DNA of 61,149 nt, the filler included, from Streblomastix strix (taxonomy: Eukaryota), in assembly GCA_008636045.1 (NCBI GenBank). It is 4 parts of 4 records of this genome, joined end to end, with 100 filler letters (N's around TTAATTAATTAA, not from the genome) between each part and the next. Parts side by side here need not be neighbours in the genome. Positions count along the whole stretch, not along the records: positions 1 to 15,231 come from SNRW01001016.1; positions 15,332 to 30,548 come from SNRW01001018.1; 2 more parts are not named here. One strand, 5' to 3'. The position numbers and the translations under genes are program-made. Position 1 is the first letter of the stretch; each line of letters starts with the position of its first letter. Positions 13,698-26,465 of the stretch are shown in pieces. The notes beneath the pieces are model-generated. The model saw only the letters and a program-made list of their open reading frames with translations. It was not told where the DNA came from and ran no database searches.

Positions 13698-14069
13698 TCA
13701 TTCTGTTCCTTTGGCCCCCCTTTGATTATTTCAAGTATTTTAATTAAATCCTCCTTCGATAAAACTACTTTATTTAATAACTTTTAGGCCGATAATTATA
13801 ACTTAGAAATGCCTGATTTAAATACTTTCTATTTTTCTCCCAACCTCTATTTAAATTGCTTCATTTGCACTTTTGCCTTTTCTTTAGCCTCTTTTTCTGT
13901 ATGATATTTTCGAGGCCTTCCTTATTTTGGAGCTTCAACTTTAGGCTCCACTTATGGATTCATTACTGGCTTCACTTATGACTCCACGACTAGCTCCGTT
14001 GCTGGCTTCACTTATTTTAACATACTTTTTGCATGGCTTTTTTTAATCTTTAATTTCTTTATTTTCCAT
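13698..14069 (-). pseudogene. Small AT-hook-like protein (KQGRPRKYHTEKEAKE)
   Basis: GRPRKY motif, frameshifted relative to the ATG; syntenic homolog at 54293. Confidence 0.6.
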
Positions 14070-14099
14070 TTATTAATAAATAAAAATATAAAAAACAAA

Positions 14100-15231
14100 T
14101 CAAATTAATTTAAAAGTTCGTTTGAATTTTTATTATAACTTATCAATAGAATCAGCCACTTTCTGAGTATAATATGCGGAAATTTCTACCGTTTTAATAT
14201 CTTTGTAAGACTTCAATAATTCATAAATAACGTTTCCTAAACTATAATTTATAAATGTTGCTATTTCGTTAAATTGCCTTCGTTTCTTTTCGAAATTGTG
14301 AGCCGTTTTTCATAGGCCAAGATGAATCATTATTATATTTCCTTTCTTTAAGTCTAATAAATTATCCTTATTTTATATTTCTTTTATGTTGGCTGCTTGG
14401 TTTGTTTTCTAACGGGTATATATGCTTTCTAAATCTTCTGATTCTTTCACGTATACAAGAGTAAATTTTTTCTAAAATGCTGAATGCTTGGTGTTATTAT
14501 ATTCATCAACGACATACTGCATTTGCTTATTATTAGCCATCAGTGGGGCATCATTTTCAAATGCATTTCTGATAATCCGAATCAACAACTTGATTTTTAT
14601 TGATAAATTAAGAGGAGTTAAAATAATATGTAATATTTTAATCTTTCAAATAATCCTTTATTTATTTGCTGCCTAGTGCGGCCTCACCATTTGAACGAAT
14701 ATTTAAAACTTATTGGTTATCTTTTAATTATTTTAGACATTTTAATAATTCATTTGCTGATTTATCTTTAATTGGATAAACAATTAAATATTTTGTATTT
14801 ATATTTTTGGCAAAAAATTAGTGCTTCATTACTTTATTTATGGCGGAATGCATTACAAATATTATATCAATCTCCCAGCTGCCCAATAACGGCGAATAAT
14901 AAGGCCGTTGATATTTCTTTAATGTTTTTAATTTAATATCTTGAACTATTTCAATCTTATCTTTGGCCCTGCTACGAAATGAATTTTATATTTTTTGTTG
15001 TTCAATTTATTATACTTATTATTTTGGATTGGTGTTTTATTTAATTCTTTCCGTGTGATATTTTAAATAATTATCCAAATAAATTTTATACCATTGCGAA
15101 ATTTTTTTATTTTAAAATATCTCTTCTAAATTATTTAATGTAAATTATTAATTAAAATAATTATTGATGTTTCTAATAAAATCCTTCAGTTTTATTTTAT
15201 CTGGTTTAAAACTTAAATTATCGATTACCTC
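14100..15231 (-). pseudogene. Retroviral-type (rve) integrase, D-D(35)-D variant, 5'-truncated and decayed
   Basis: RPYYSPLLGSWEIDIIF, IRS(N)GEAA, NKNQVVDS, YNNTKHSAF; TGA at 14100. Closely similar to 53107-54272. Confidence 0.85.
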
Positions 15232-15330
15232 NNNNNNNNNNNNNNNNNNNNNNNNNNNNNNNNNNNNNNNNNNNNTTAATTAATTAANNNNNNNNNNNNN
15301 NNNNNNNNNNNNNNNNNNNNNNNNNNNNNN
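15232..15330. other. Artificial contig linker (Ns + TTAATTAATTAA)
   Basis: Identical linker occurs three times; the flanking contigs decrease in length. Confidence 0.97.
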
Positions 15331-18300
15331 NTCACAGCAATTCCAAGTGCCAGTCCAACACCTGCTCTGATATTTGGATCAAATGAATCACAAAGTGGGA
15401 ACAAAGATCTGATGAACATATCAATCGATTAAGAGTTGAATGTTGTGTCAATTGATGATGATGAAGATTGTGAAGAAGTTTGTTGAGATGTTGATTATGC
15501 AGAAGGTGGAGCCGGGGAAGGTGTAGAAGCTAAACTTTATGGAGGAGGTGAAATCTTAGATCGAATTGGAGCTGCATTTAATGAAGGTGAGGAAGATCTG
15601 GATTTTATATTCTTAGCTTCTTTCTTTTCATCTTTCTTTAAATCTTTTTTCTCTTCTTTCTTCTCATAATTAATTTATGTATTTGATCCATTGCCTGTAC
15701 TTGCATACAATAGTCCAAGTGAGATGACAGCCTATCGTTTTACATCCCCTAATATAGTTGTATATATATGATAAAGATAATAATAAATATTAATATAAAA
15801 TGCGCAATATAATGAAATATGAAATAATATTAGTATATAATTAATATAAAGTACCAGAAGGATCAGTAGCTGCAATTGTGAATAACTTTGAAACAACAGA
15901 TGAAAGAGGGCATCCTGCATAAGCAGTGCCTGTTGAGTTATGAGAATATAAAAAATTCAATAATAACATATTACTATAAAAAATTAATCAAATTCTGTTT
16001 TTATCTTAATTATACCAATAGTGAATACTCCTCCATATCGAAGCAATTCATCAGAATCCATACAAAGTTCTGAAATGATAATATCAGCCTCGGATTTCTA
16101 ACCTTTATAATTAAGTGTATAATATTAATAAAAAATAAAATAAAAATAAAAATAAATTGTTTACTTTTATGATTAAAATCAAACCAGCAAATATCAGCCC
16201 AATTCCAACTCCAACTGCTCTCACAATTTTTTCGTGTTTTGTTTGATGTGCTACTTATAACAGTTACCTTTATGATTTTAATAAAAATAAATAAATATAA
16301 TAATATTAAATGAAATTAAAAATGATATATTATTTATACTCATATAAAAGCCCACTTAAGCTCCCAGTTCCAAGCATTATCAATCCAATTCCAATACAAG
16401 CAGCTTCACCTATTATAAATAAGTAATAAATAAAATATCAATTCAATAAATAATCAACTTAACTTTCATTAATATGCATACCAGCATTAGCATTATCTTA
16501 CATAACAATTTATAGCAGAGTATTAGCTAGTATAGAATCCTTAGATCCCATCCCAACAGAACCAATAGCCAAAGCAAGTCCATGCTAATGAACAACATAA
16601 TTAGGAGATGTTGCTTGAAGCTCATCAAGAGTTGATAGAAGATATGGTAATACAAGTGATGATATTGATGGAATTGGAGAAGACGAATAAGATGATGAGA
16701 ATAATTACGGCATTTATGAGGTAGATTAAGATAATGGATTAACTGCAGCTAATGAGGCAGTTGATGAAGATGATGAAGATGATCCAAGAATAGATGTAGA
16801 AAGAGAAGATGAAGCTCCATTTCCACCAAATATAAGTCCCAATCCAAACAAAGCTCCAGCTTCACTATATGGAGATGGATCATTACCTTATCCTTGACCA
16901 TTCAATCCAGTTTATTGTCCAAATTATTCCTATATAAATTAATTTGGGTCAACATATCCTGATCCTCTTCCTCCTCTTCTTCCACCTCTTCCACCCCTGT
17001 TTCCTTATCCTAATGAACCTCTCATAACACTTCCAATTAAATCAGCTGGAATTGTATTCTAATTCTGATTAGTATTTGTTGGGAATAAAAGACTTGGTTC
17101 TTATTAACCAGTAGGTGCTGTTGATGATGAAGATTATTGTGGAGTAGAAAGTGGGAATATTGATGGTTGCTGTTGTGGTTATTGTTGGATTGGAGGTTAT
17201 TCAACATCTGGTTTCTATTCTTATTCTTTCTTAGCTTCTACATAGTCATCTTCTTCAATGTATCCTATTTCTTCATCTTTCTTCTTTTCTTGTTCTTCTT
17301 TCTTTTCTATTTCACTGATCTTCTATTAAACATCTTTTAGTGAATTTGTAGTGGGAAGGTAATCTTTTAATACATTGAAAGCTACTTTATTATGACCTCT
17401 AATTATAAAAGAGAAAATATATATGAATTATAAATAAAATTAGATAAAATAATTAAATTAATTAGATAAAAGAAAAAAGATTTGAAATGTAATTAACCTG
17501 TGAATAAGACCAAATGAAGCAGCTACATTAAACCGATTCCAGTGTGCAGCATTCTTTATAAATATAAAATGATTCTATTTAATAATATGATTATAGTAAT
17601 TGACAAACCTAATAAAACTGTGTGTTCTCTCTCACAAATGCATCTTTGATTGTTCCACAATGCATTATTCCATTTCCAAGCATTGCACCAAGTAGAAGGA
17701 AGGACTGTTTATCTGATAAATAAATAAAATTATTAATAAAGTGAGGTTCAAAGATAATAATAATAAAATTAATTAATAAAAATTATAAATGAAACATACC
17801 CACTTCTAAATCTAATACATCCTTTACAATTTGATATGAAAGAAAAATATAATATTAAATAATTTTAAAATTTTTATGAAATTATTTATTTCCATATTAA
17901 TTATTTTATTAAAAACTTCTAATTTCATACCTATTTATCAATATTTGCTTTTGATGACAAGAACTGCAAATATAATTGTGTTGATTTCTCTCCTTATAAT
18001 ATTTATTCTATACTCACAATCCTTCGAGTTATTTCCCTGATTCGACGTTTCTTGTAAAGTTGTTGTTTATCTTATTATTGAGTTGAAGATGAATCTAATT
18101 CAGATTGGATCACTAAATCTTCTTCTTTCTCTGAAGATAGGAAATTGTTATAATATGAAAAAGATATAATATATATTATTATATATTATTCATTTTCTAA
18201 TCTATTTCAATACTTAATTCATAAAGCTCTTCAGCACGTAATACAAGAATGACATTGAGACAGATGTCCTAAATATACAGAAAATGAATAAAGAAAAAAT

Positions 18301-20088
18301 ATTATAAAGAAAAAAATATATCAAAAATGTTATATTATAAAATTAATATGTAAAATAACTTGTGTTCCACTATCATATATATCAAATGCTATCTAAAGAG
18401 CACATGCATATGATTCTGAAGACTAAATTATATAAATATACAATAATAATAACATAAAATATATTACTATTCATATTTATTATTATTATTTTAAATCTCT
18501 TATATATAAAATCATTACCCCTTCTCTTAACAATCTAGCAAGGATCTTCCCCAATTATTGTGAATCTTCTAAAACACACAAACATTTAGCCATCCCAAAT
18601 ATTCTCACAAATTACTGTTTAATCTTCTTCTTCTTTTCTCTCTCAATTCTTAAAACCTCATCTTCTTCCTTCAATAGTTATTATTATTCATTCTATTCTA
18701 TATCATATTCATAATCTTCATTATCTTAATCTGTTTCTCCATATATCTTAACTAGAAGCTTACATACTGATCTTCTAAATCCACTGCAATACATTGTAAA
18801 AATATTCAATAATTCAATTAAAACAAATAAATAAATAAATATAAAGAATATACGTTTCTGTCGTAAAGTCATTAGAAAGATTGAAGCAGTAATCCATAAT
18901 ATCAAATGAAGATATATCCTTATTATCCTTCCTATCTTCTTTATCAAACTATTCATCCTTATCCATTCCACTCTTATTAATATCTTTCTTCTTCTCCCTT
19001 CTTTCTAAATCTTTTTTCTTCCTTTATTATTCTTTCTCATTGACTTTCCTTATACATCTCTCAACTACATCTATTCGGATACCTTCAAATCCTAATCCAA
19101 TTATCTCTTTGTATTCTTCTTTTCTGTTTATAATATATATTAGATAAGTACAGAAGATAATAGATGAATTATTATATGAAAATAAATAACTAATTAATAT
19201 ACTCGAAGCTATAGTCAACAAGTTTTCCATAAAGCACTTCAAGTTTCTCATCAATAATAAGTTCACTCAAATCATCTTCTATCTCTTATAATTATAGTTT
19301 GAGTATCTCATTATCATCATCTTCATCTTTATCCATATCTTTCTTCACTTCAACTTATTCTTTATCTTTCTTTTCTCTATTTATTTATTCACTACGATAT
19401 TTTTGCCCAATTTTACCATCCTCCAATTGCCTGCGCACTTTTCCATATCGTGAGATAGCTTAATCTATAATTAATAAATAATAATAAAATTTCAAATGGT
19501 AAATAATTACAATAATCATGAGAATTTAATAAAAACATGCCAGCTATCGTATATACATAGGGGGTCTCCTTCTTATATTCAAATGCATCCCCAGCCAAAA
19601 GAGCAAAGTCAAGCGCCTTCTCTTAACTATTAAGATGGAAGAACACCTGCAAAAATCCATCAAACAAAGCAGATAAGAAAAGGAAATAACATTTCGGAGT
19701 AATAAAACAAGGCATGAAGCCAATTTCGATAATATTTTTTTGTATTTAATGTTTCAATTTATAAATTAACATACTTATGAAAGTAATAGAGAAGCGTTTT
19801 TCCGGTCCTCCTCTGCATACGCACTCGAATGCGCGATTGCCGTCCTGCGCGCCAGTACGTTTTTCAGTGGAATGTATATGAATATGAACAATTACAAAAA
19901 TTGAATATATATTCAAATTAATTAATTTAAAAATAAAAAACAAACAGTCGCGCGAGATAAACCGGTTGCGAGATTGCATGGAAAAAGTTCGCCACCAGAG
20001 GCTGAAGCAATCGTATAGTTGCTGTTTACAGCTTAACATTATCAGACAATATGTTTGGAAGTAGCAGTGATGCTGCGTCTTGTGCCAT
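15331..20088 (-). CDS. RPN2: 26S proteasome regulatory subunit RPN2/PSMD1, multi-exon, 3'-truncated
   Basis: ATG 20088 MAQDAASLLLPNILSDN; ALDFALLAGDAF; WNRFNVAASFGLIHRGH; SPYSEAGALFGLGLI; QHGLALAIG; HEKIVRAVGVGIGL; DELLRYGG; DPNIRAGVGLALGIA (PC repeats). Many short AT-rich GT-AG introns. Confidence 0.9.
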
Positions 20089-20313
20089 TTTCTTCACAAG
20101 TGAAGATATTCAATTTACAAGTTCCTTAATAAAGTTCAGTATTTAAAAATGAATAATATTTCAATTCTTATTTATTGACATTAACTAAGTAATGAATAAA
20201 CATAAATATATCACTAACAATAAATAGAAGAAGAATAAAATTGTTACTTAAAAGTTTTATTTGATTCATAATACAAATTAGAGATAGAATAGTGAGAGTG
20301 AAGTGCATCTGCT

Positions 20314-21717
20314 TCATTTGGGAGGTGGTGGAGGTGCACGTTTTGGAACAGGTGGAGGTGCATGTTTAGGAATTGCAGGTCCAGGTCCACCAGGCTTTTA
20401 ATTACTTGGTTATGTCTATGAAAAATTAGGAGGAGGAAGATTTTATGTATTATTCTAAGGTTATTGGAATCGTGGAGCTTATTATGTTGGATTAAGCACT
20501 TCCTATACTGTATTTTATACAGATTAACTTTATATCATTTGTGAAGGATGAAATTATTATTACTGTTGTTATGGTTAAGATTAAATAGTTGGAGAAAATC
20601 CTTTTTATTGAGGAGTTTATGGTTATTGTTAATTTTATTAATTATAAGTATATTCAAAAGGAGGGGATTATGTTCCAACTTCCATTATAACTAATCCTTA
20701 TTTTATTCCATTTTTATAATTTTTAGGATTAATAGTAAAAGGAGGGAATCCAGTTGGTACTTCTTTTAAATTGAATATCCATCTACCACTCAATTCACTA
20801 TCTCTAGAGCTCTTTTATTATGAATTATTATCTGTTTATGATTACATTTACATTTACATATTAGACGGATTATTTGTTTGTTATTATCCTCTCTTCCATG
20901 GTGGTTGAGTTGTTTATATTCCAGATTATAGAGGTGGACTTTATTATATTTATTATAATTATCCTTTATTTTCATTTCCTGCAAAAGATTAATTTGTATT
21001 CTAGAGACCAGGTTATTATTTAAGGAATGGAGGTGTTGGAGGTAATTAAATTGAATCAGGATCAGTAAATCCATGAGGTTAATTAAATGATTAAGGAAGA
21101 TTAGGAGCTTGTGGAAGATTGGGAGCTTATGGAAGATTTGGAGCTTATGGAAGATTTGGAGCTTATGGAAGATTTGGAGCTTATGGAAGATTTGGAGCTT
21201 GTGGAACACCAATTAGTGGAGGTGCTGAAGGAACGCCAATTAGTGGAGGTGCTGATGGAACTCCAATTAAGGGTGGTGCTGAAGGAACTCCAATTAAGGG
21301 TGGAGCTGAAGGAACTCCAATTAAAGGTGGTCCTGGTGGTGGTAAATTCGGTACTGATTATTTAAATCCTCCAAAGTTCGTTTGTTGCATGGGTGTAAGT
21401 ACACTTGTCTTGCTAAGTTCTTTCTGCATAGGTGTTCCTGCAAATTGTTGGGGTTATTACGTTACTGAAAGTTGTTACTTCCAAGATGGCTATGTTTGCT
21501 GCTGAGTTTGCTGTTGAGCTTGTTGTTGCTGTTTCCACAACGGAACAGGTGGTGTTTATTATGGTTGTTGTGCTTATTATTGTTGCTTCCACAGTGGTAT
21601 TTATCCTTGCTATGACGACCCTTGATTGGGTTAGAATTGAGATTAAGGCGAAGAAGTTGGTGATGATGCACTATATCCTCCACCCCCGGCCGCAGGAGGG
21701 CTTTATTGTGCATTCAT
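20314..21717 (-). CDS. Pro/Gln-rich low-complexity host protein (~467 aa)
   Basis: MNAQQSPPAAGGGGYS... ending RAPPPPPK-TGA; start and stop are in the same frame with TAR=Gln. Contains PPLIGVPSA x5 and QAPNLP x6. Confidence 0.75.
21095..21335 (-). repeat. Coding tandem repeats: 18-bp (QAPNLP) and 27-bp (PPLIGVPSA)
   Basis: ggagcttatggaagattt units and ggtgctgaaggaactccaattaagggt-like units with third-position variation. Confidence 0.9.
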
Positions 21718-22049
21718 TTGTCCACCTGGGCGAGGAACAAGTGGCTGAGTCTTTGAAACTCCTCCCATCGGTGACCCTAATCCTCGTCCGCCGAAAAGCG
21801 CGCCGAGAGCTTTTTTTTTGTCAGCGACAGTTTGCGGCTCCGGGCCCGCATTCGCTTGTTCGCTCGCTGATTTTCCTGTATTTTATATTAATATATCAAC
21901 ACGGAAAAATGAAAATTAGTGCAAATTAAAAGCCAAATCAAGAATAAAATTAAAATTAAGTTGTATTGCCTAACCAGGAATGATTGGAGCGCTTCTGTCA
22001 TTAGTAACTGTCTTTTTTAGCCGTGCGTGACTGAAACCCTCGATCGCCT

Positions 22050-23640
22050 AAAGATGTGAGGCCATCGAAACGTTTTCGAGTCTGGACGAGCTTGGTTTTT
22101 GGCTCAACGATTTTGTTCCTTCCCACATAATGACGCAAGCAGGAGAAGAGCTGGCTGTGGCATTCCACTTGAGTGTGGTAGCATCTCGTGCGTTGGAGAC
22201 TTGGCGAATATTTGCGACTGAGCGACGAGACTTGCGCGATAAAGCAGTTCGTTTACAACAATGTTAGCATTATTTAAAAATTTTGATTGATATTTTCTTA
22301 AGATACGTGCTGCTAGTTCTTATTACTAACAATTATGCATGAAAGGGTTGCGAGGGCTTCAAGAACATATCTAAATAAAATAATTATAATCCTCATGAAT
22401 AGTTTCTCTATAGTAAATATTGTAACAAGGATGTTAAAGAAGAGTATTAATTATATTATATTTAATTTTAATACACAAAAATTGCATAAAAATTATTTAA
22501 TTGCTTGAATAAAGAAATTCATAAATTTTTTTATTAATTTAAATATAAATAAATAATTAAATCATCTCTTCTGATGTTTCAAATGTTGCTGCATATATTC
22601 CCAGATATTAATTGATGCACTTGTATGCACATTCAAAGATCGAATCACTCCAAGTTAAGGAATCTCCACACATACATCAACGTTCTTAAGTACATCTACT
22701 GGAATTCCTTCTTTTTCATCACCTAAGTAATAAGATTTTGTAGAATAGATGAAGAGCATGTAAATAAATTAAGAAATGCGCAAAATAATATTAAAATACC
22801 TGGAATAATTGCATATTTCCATTAAATTCATGTTAAAATATCTAAGCAAAATTTTGATGTTTATACATATTTGACGACGTTATTTGCAAGAATCGAAATT
22901 AAATATAATGTATTTAATAAATAATTATATTAAATTTAGATTATTTTTGTTTTAAACATAATAATTATATGAAATTCAACAAAATTATATTCGATATTCT
23001 CCTCATTCTCCAAAAGAAGTTTAATAAAAGAAATTAAATTTTAAAATAATTTGAAATGATTCGTATTTTGAAAGATAAAAAATAATTTAAACGTTTAAGA
23101 AAATATGAAAATTAAAAATGAATACGATTAAATGAGAAAAAATATTTTTTTGATGATCGATTTTACAGTCTACCTTCTACTTTATCATCGTCTTCATCTT
23201 CATCATTACAACAGGTCTATATAAGCTAAGGTATAGATAATAAAATAATTGATAGGAATAAAATCAATAGTTAATTGAAAAGTTCAGTTATTTCTATTGT
23301 TCGTTCCTAACAAATAACTTCATCTATAGTTTATACCTCAAATATGAGAGATAGATAGAAAAATTTTACTAACATTTGAATAAAAATCTTAATCTAAATT
23401 TTGAATAATTAAGACTGGTTTGATGGCTATCTCCAGCAATTCATTCAATGGATTCTATTAAACTTTATTAAATTCCTTGGTTGGATCAACCTTATTCAAT
23501 TTCGTTTTAAATTGAATCATATTCTGAAAATGCTTCATTTGAAATTTCTTCAAATAATTTAAATTTTAATTCTTCGATTTTTTGTTTATAATTTTTTCTC
23601 TGATTACGTTGATTATTTGAGTGGTCCATTCCAGTAAATT
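22050..23640 (+). CDS. Hypothetical multi-exon host gene; boundaries uncertain
   Basis: GC-richer exon reading ...ELGFWLNDFVPSHIM...RALETWRIFATERRDLRDKAVRLQQ, followed by gttagc...ag introns and Q/S-rich coding. Confidence 0.45.
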
Positions 23641-24027
23641 TAATTTAATTAAAACAATCATGAACCTGGCAACAATCTTGTGTGTTCTCTAATTTGATTG
23701 TGTTTCAATCTAGTACGACCAGCTTTTGACAAACCAATATACTTCAGTGTATATGTTTCATTTAATTATCTATATATTTGATGTTATAATTGCTTTTCTA
23801 TTAATTCATAACATTCAATCTTTCTTACACCCCCAGTTCGTACATATCTAATACTAGTAAGCATTGAGTTTTATCTAAAAATATTCAAATATTTTAGGAT
23901 TTCAATTATATCATCTATTCTATTTATATCTTTTTTTTTCTTATATATCTCTTAATCACTCAAATGATTTGATCACAAACACTTTTTGATTGACCAGGCA
24001 CAATGCGAGAGATAATATATATCTAAA

Positions 24028-24660
24028 GTAATCGTCAGAGAATTAACATAATTTCAAACCAAGTCGAAGATTCTCTGAGAAATCCGCGAGTATGAAACAT
24101 TCTTTATTATTTAATTATTTCTCTAATTATTTGTCATTTGTTGTTTAATAAATATTATCAAATTAACGTTATTGTTCTAGGAAAAATCTCAGAAAAATTA
24201 AAAAATATTAAATACAACTTATAATGTTCAAATCACAGAAGTAGATATAATTGAACAGTAATAAAGTATAACTTAAATAAAAGTATTTACTAAAAAAGAT
24301 GAAAAAATTAAATAATATTAATTATTTAAAAATTTTAATATCTTAAATTATAAAAGTTAAAAAATAAATTTATTAATAAATTTACTTTAAAATATTTCAA
24401 AAATAAATATATTTAAATAATTTCAATAATTATCAATTAATTTAAATAATTTAGTAAATTACATTTTAAATAGGCTGTTATAGAGATTTTTAAAAAAAAA
24501 TTTTTTTAAAAAAATTTACAATTGAATTTTTTCAAAATTAAGTAGTCAGTTTTAATTATCATCGTTACTTGAACTATCTGAATTATCTGTAGGATAACCT
24601 GCCATAGGGACATTTCCATCTATGCTGTGACGATTCATCATTCCAGGTTGAATCTTTATT
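24028..24660. repeat. ~630-bp diverged direct repeat, copy 1 (probable TE remnant)
   Basis: Colinear with 25847-26465, e.g. gaagattctctgagaaatccgcgag / gaagattttctgagaaatccgcaag and ttaaataggctgtta. Confidence 0.8.
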
Positions 24661-25069
24661 TCGCTATCATCTTAATATTCTTATTTTTGAAATTCTAAAT
24701 TATATACGTCTTATTGATCCATTATAGATTTTAAATTATTTCTTTTATTTAAGATAATTATTTAAAATTTAAAAAATTTCCTAAATCATTATTTACTTAT
24801 CACCATTTTTCGAATTTAGTAATTTCTTTAACAAATTTCTCATTATCATATTTTCATTATAGACATTGTCTCTTTTTTGATTAATTTCTTTATCAATTTT
24901 CAATCTTGTCTTCCTTATTTCTTATTATAAATCATATTTTTCTGTTTTAATTCTGTTTTTTATTTAATTAATTTCAGAAAATTTTAGTATTATTTATTAT
25001 TCAATCTCTATTCTTAATTGTATTTTTTATTTGAAATCAATTCTTTAATTTATATACACCCAAAATAAT

Positions 25070-25212
25070 TCTATTGTAGAATAAAATATATCAATGATGG
25101 AAAGAAATATATCAATGATGGAAAGGAATATTTCAATTATGGAAATAAATATTTCTATTGTGGAAATGAATATTTCAATGAAAGAATTGAATATTTCTAT
25201 TGTGGAAAAAAT
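25070..25212. repeat. 21-bp minisatellite (aatatttcaatgatggaaaga-like, ~7 copies)
   Basis: Direct inspection; it explains the MERNISM ORF in the track. Confidence 0.8.
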
Positions 25213-25846
25213 TACCTGCATAATAAAACTAAAATTTAAATATATTTTTTATATAAAAATAAATTATATATCTCAATAAAAAATTACCAAGTCAATTTGT
25301 AGTCATTTGGCAAAGATCAGTTTTTTTTTATATTTTATAAAATTTGGTCTATAACTTGAGAGATACATAGCTATTTTCTATAAATTTCTTTATTACTAAT
25401 ATCAAATATTATAATAATATAAATTATATATAAATTATATAATTTATATAATATCACGTCCATTTTTCAATATTTATAAAGATTTTCATTTTTCTCATTT
25501 GTAATTTAACATTTTTATTCAAATTAGACTAAATTTAAATCTGATTTTGCAATGTCAGAAGTAAAATACAAAGAATCAGAATAGTAAATTGAAAATAATG
25601 ATAAAACTGATAATAATAAATAAAAGTCAAAAGTTAAAAATATTGCCTCATTCTCCGTAATTAAAATGACAAAAAAGAATGCAAAGGATAGAATAGGAAA
25701 TGAATTAGAAAAAGTAAAGAAAGAATTAATATAAAAAAGGTCCACCAAAAAAAGTTAGCCTTCCAGTTCTAATGCCAACAATAGAACCAATCATTAAACA
25801 AAAAAGAAAAAGAGGAAGACCTAAAAAAGAAATTGAAATAAATATA

Positions 25847-26465
25847 GTAATTGTCAGAAAATTTACATAATTTCAATCTAAATTGAAGATTTTCTGAGAA
25901 ATCCGCAAGTTTGACACATTCATTATTAATTAATTATTACTTTAATTAGATGAAATTTATTCCTTATTAAATTTTATCAAATTAATGCTATTATCTTAGG
26001 AACTACTTCAGAAAATTTAATATTTTATTAATATAACTTCTAATGCCAAAATTACAGAGGAAGATATAATTGAATAGTATTAAAGTATAACTTAAATAAA
26101 TGTATTTCCTAAAAAAGACGAAAAAATTAAATAAGATTAACAATATATAAATTTTAATATATTAAATAATTTTAAAAATTAAGAAAATAATTTTTATTAT
26201 TAAATTTTTCTTAAAAAATTTTAAAAATAAATATATTTTAAATAATTTAAATAATTATCTATAAATACAAATAATTTAATAAATCACTTTTTAAATAGGC
26301 TGTTAAAGAAATTTATTAAAAAAAATTTATTAAAAAAAAATTTTTAAATGAAATTTGATAAAAATTTTTGTTTAATTTTAGAGTCTTCATTATTTGAACT
26401 ATCTATATCATCTGTCCGATAATCAAGCGTTAAGGCATTCTCATCTAGTCTGTGATGACTCATAG
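25847..26465. repeat. ~620-bp diverged direct repeat, copy 2
   Basis: See 24028-24660. Confidence 0.8.

Larger units (their letters stand above)
1..15231. mobile_element. Endogenous Polinton/Maverick-like virus, partial and decayed (all of contig 1)
   Basis: Dense intronless cluster of pPolB, A32 ATPase, rve integrase, KilA-N, penton-like and fibre-like genes, read with TAR=Gln. Many frameshifts; both ends cut by the contig limits. Confidence 0.9.

Noticed and set aside
15232..15330. TTAATTAATTAA palindrome as a biological site, and gene linkage across the gaps
   Set aside because: It is an artificial linker repeated identically three times, so adjacency between contigs carries no information.
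21111..21929. Plus-strand ORFs in the track (MEDLEL, GAYGRF and GGAEGTPIK repeats)
   Set aside because: They are antisense shadows of the minus-strand Pro/Gln-rich gene, whose frame explains the third-position variation.
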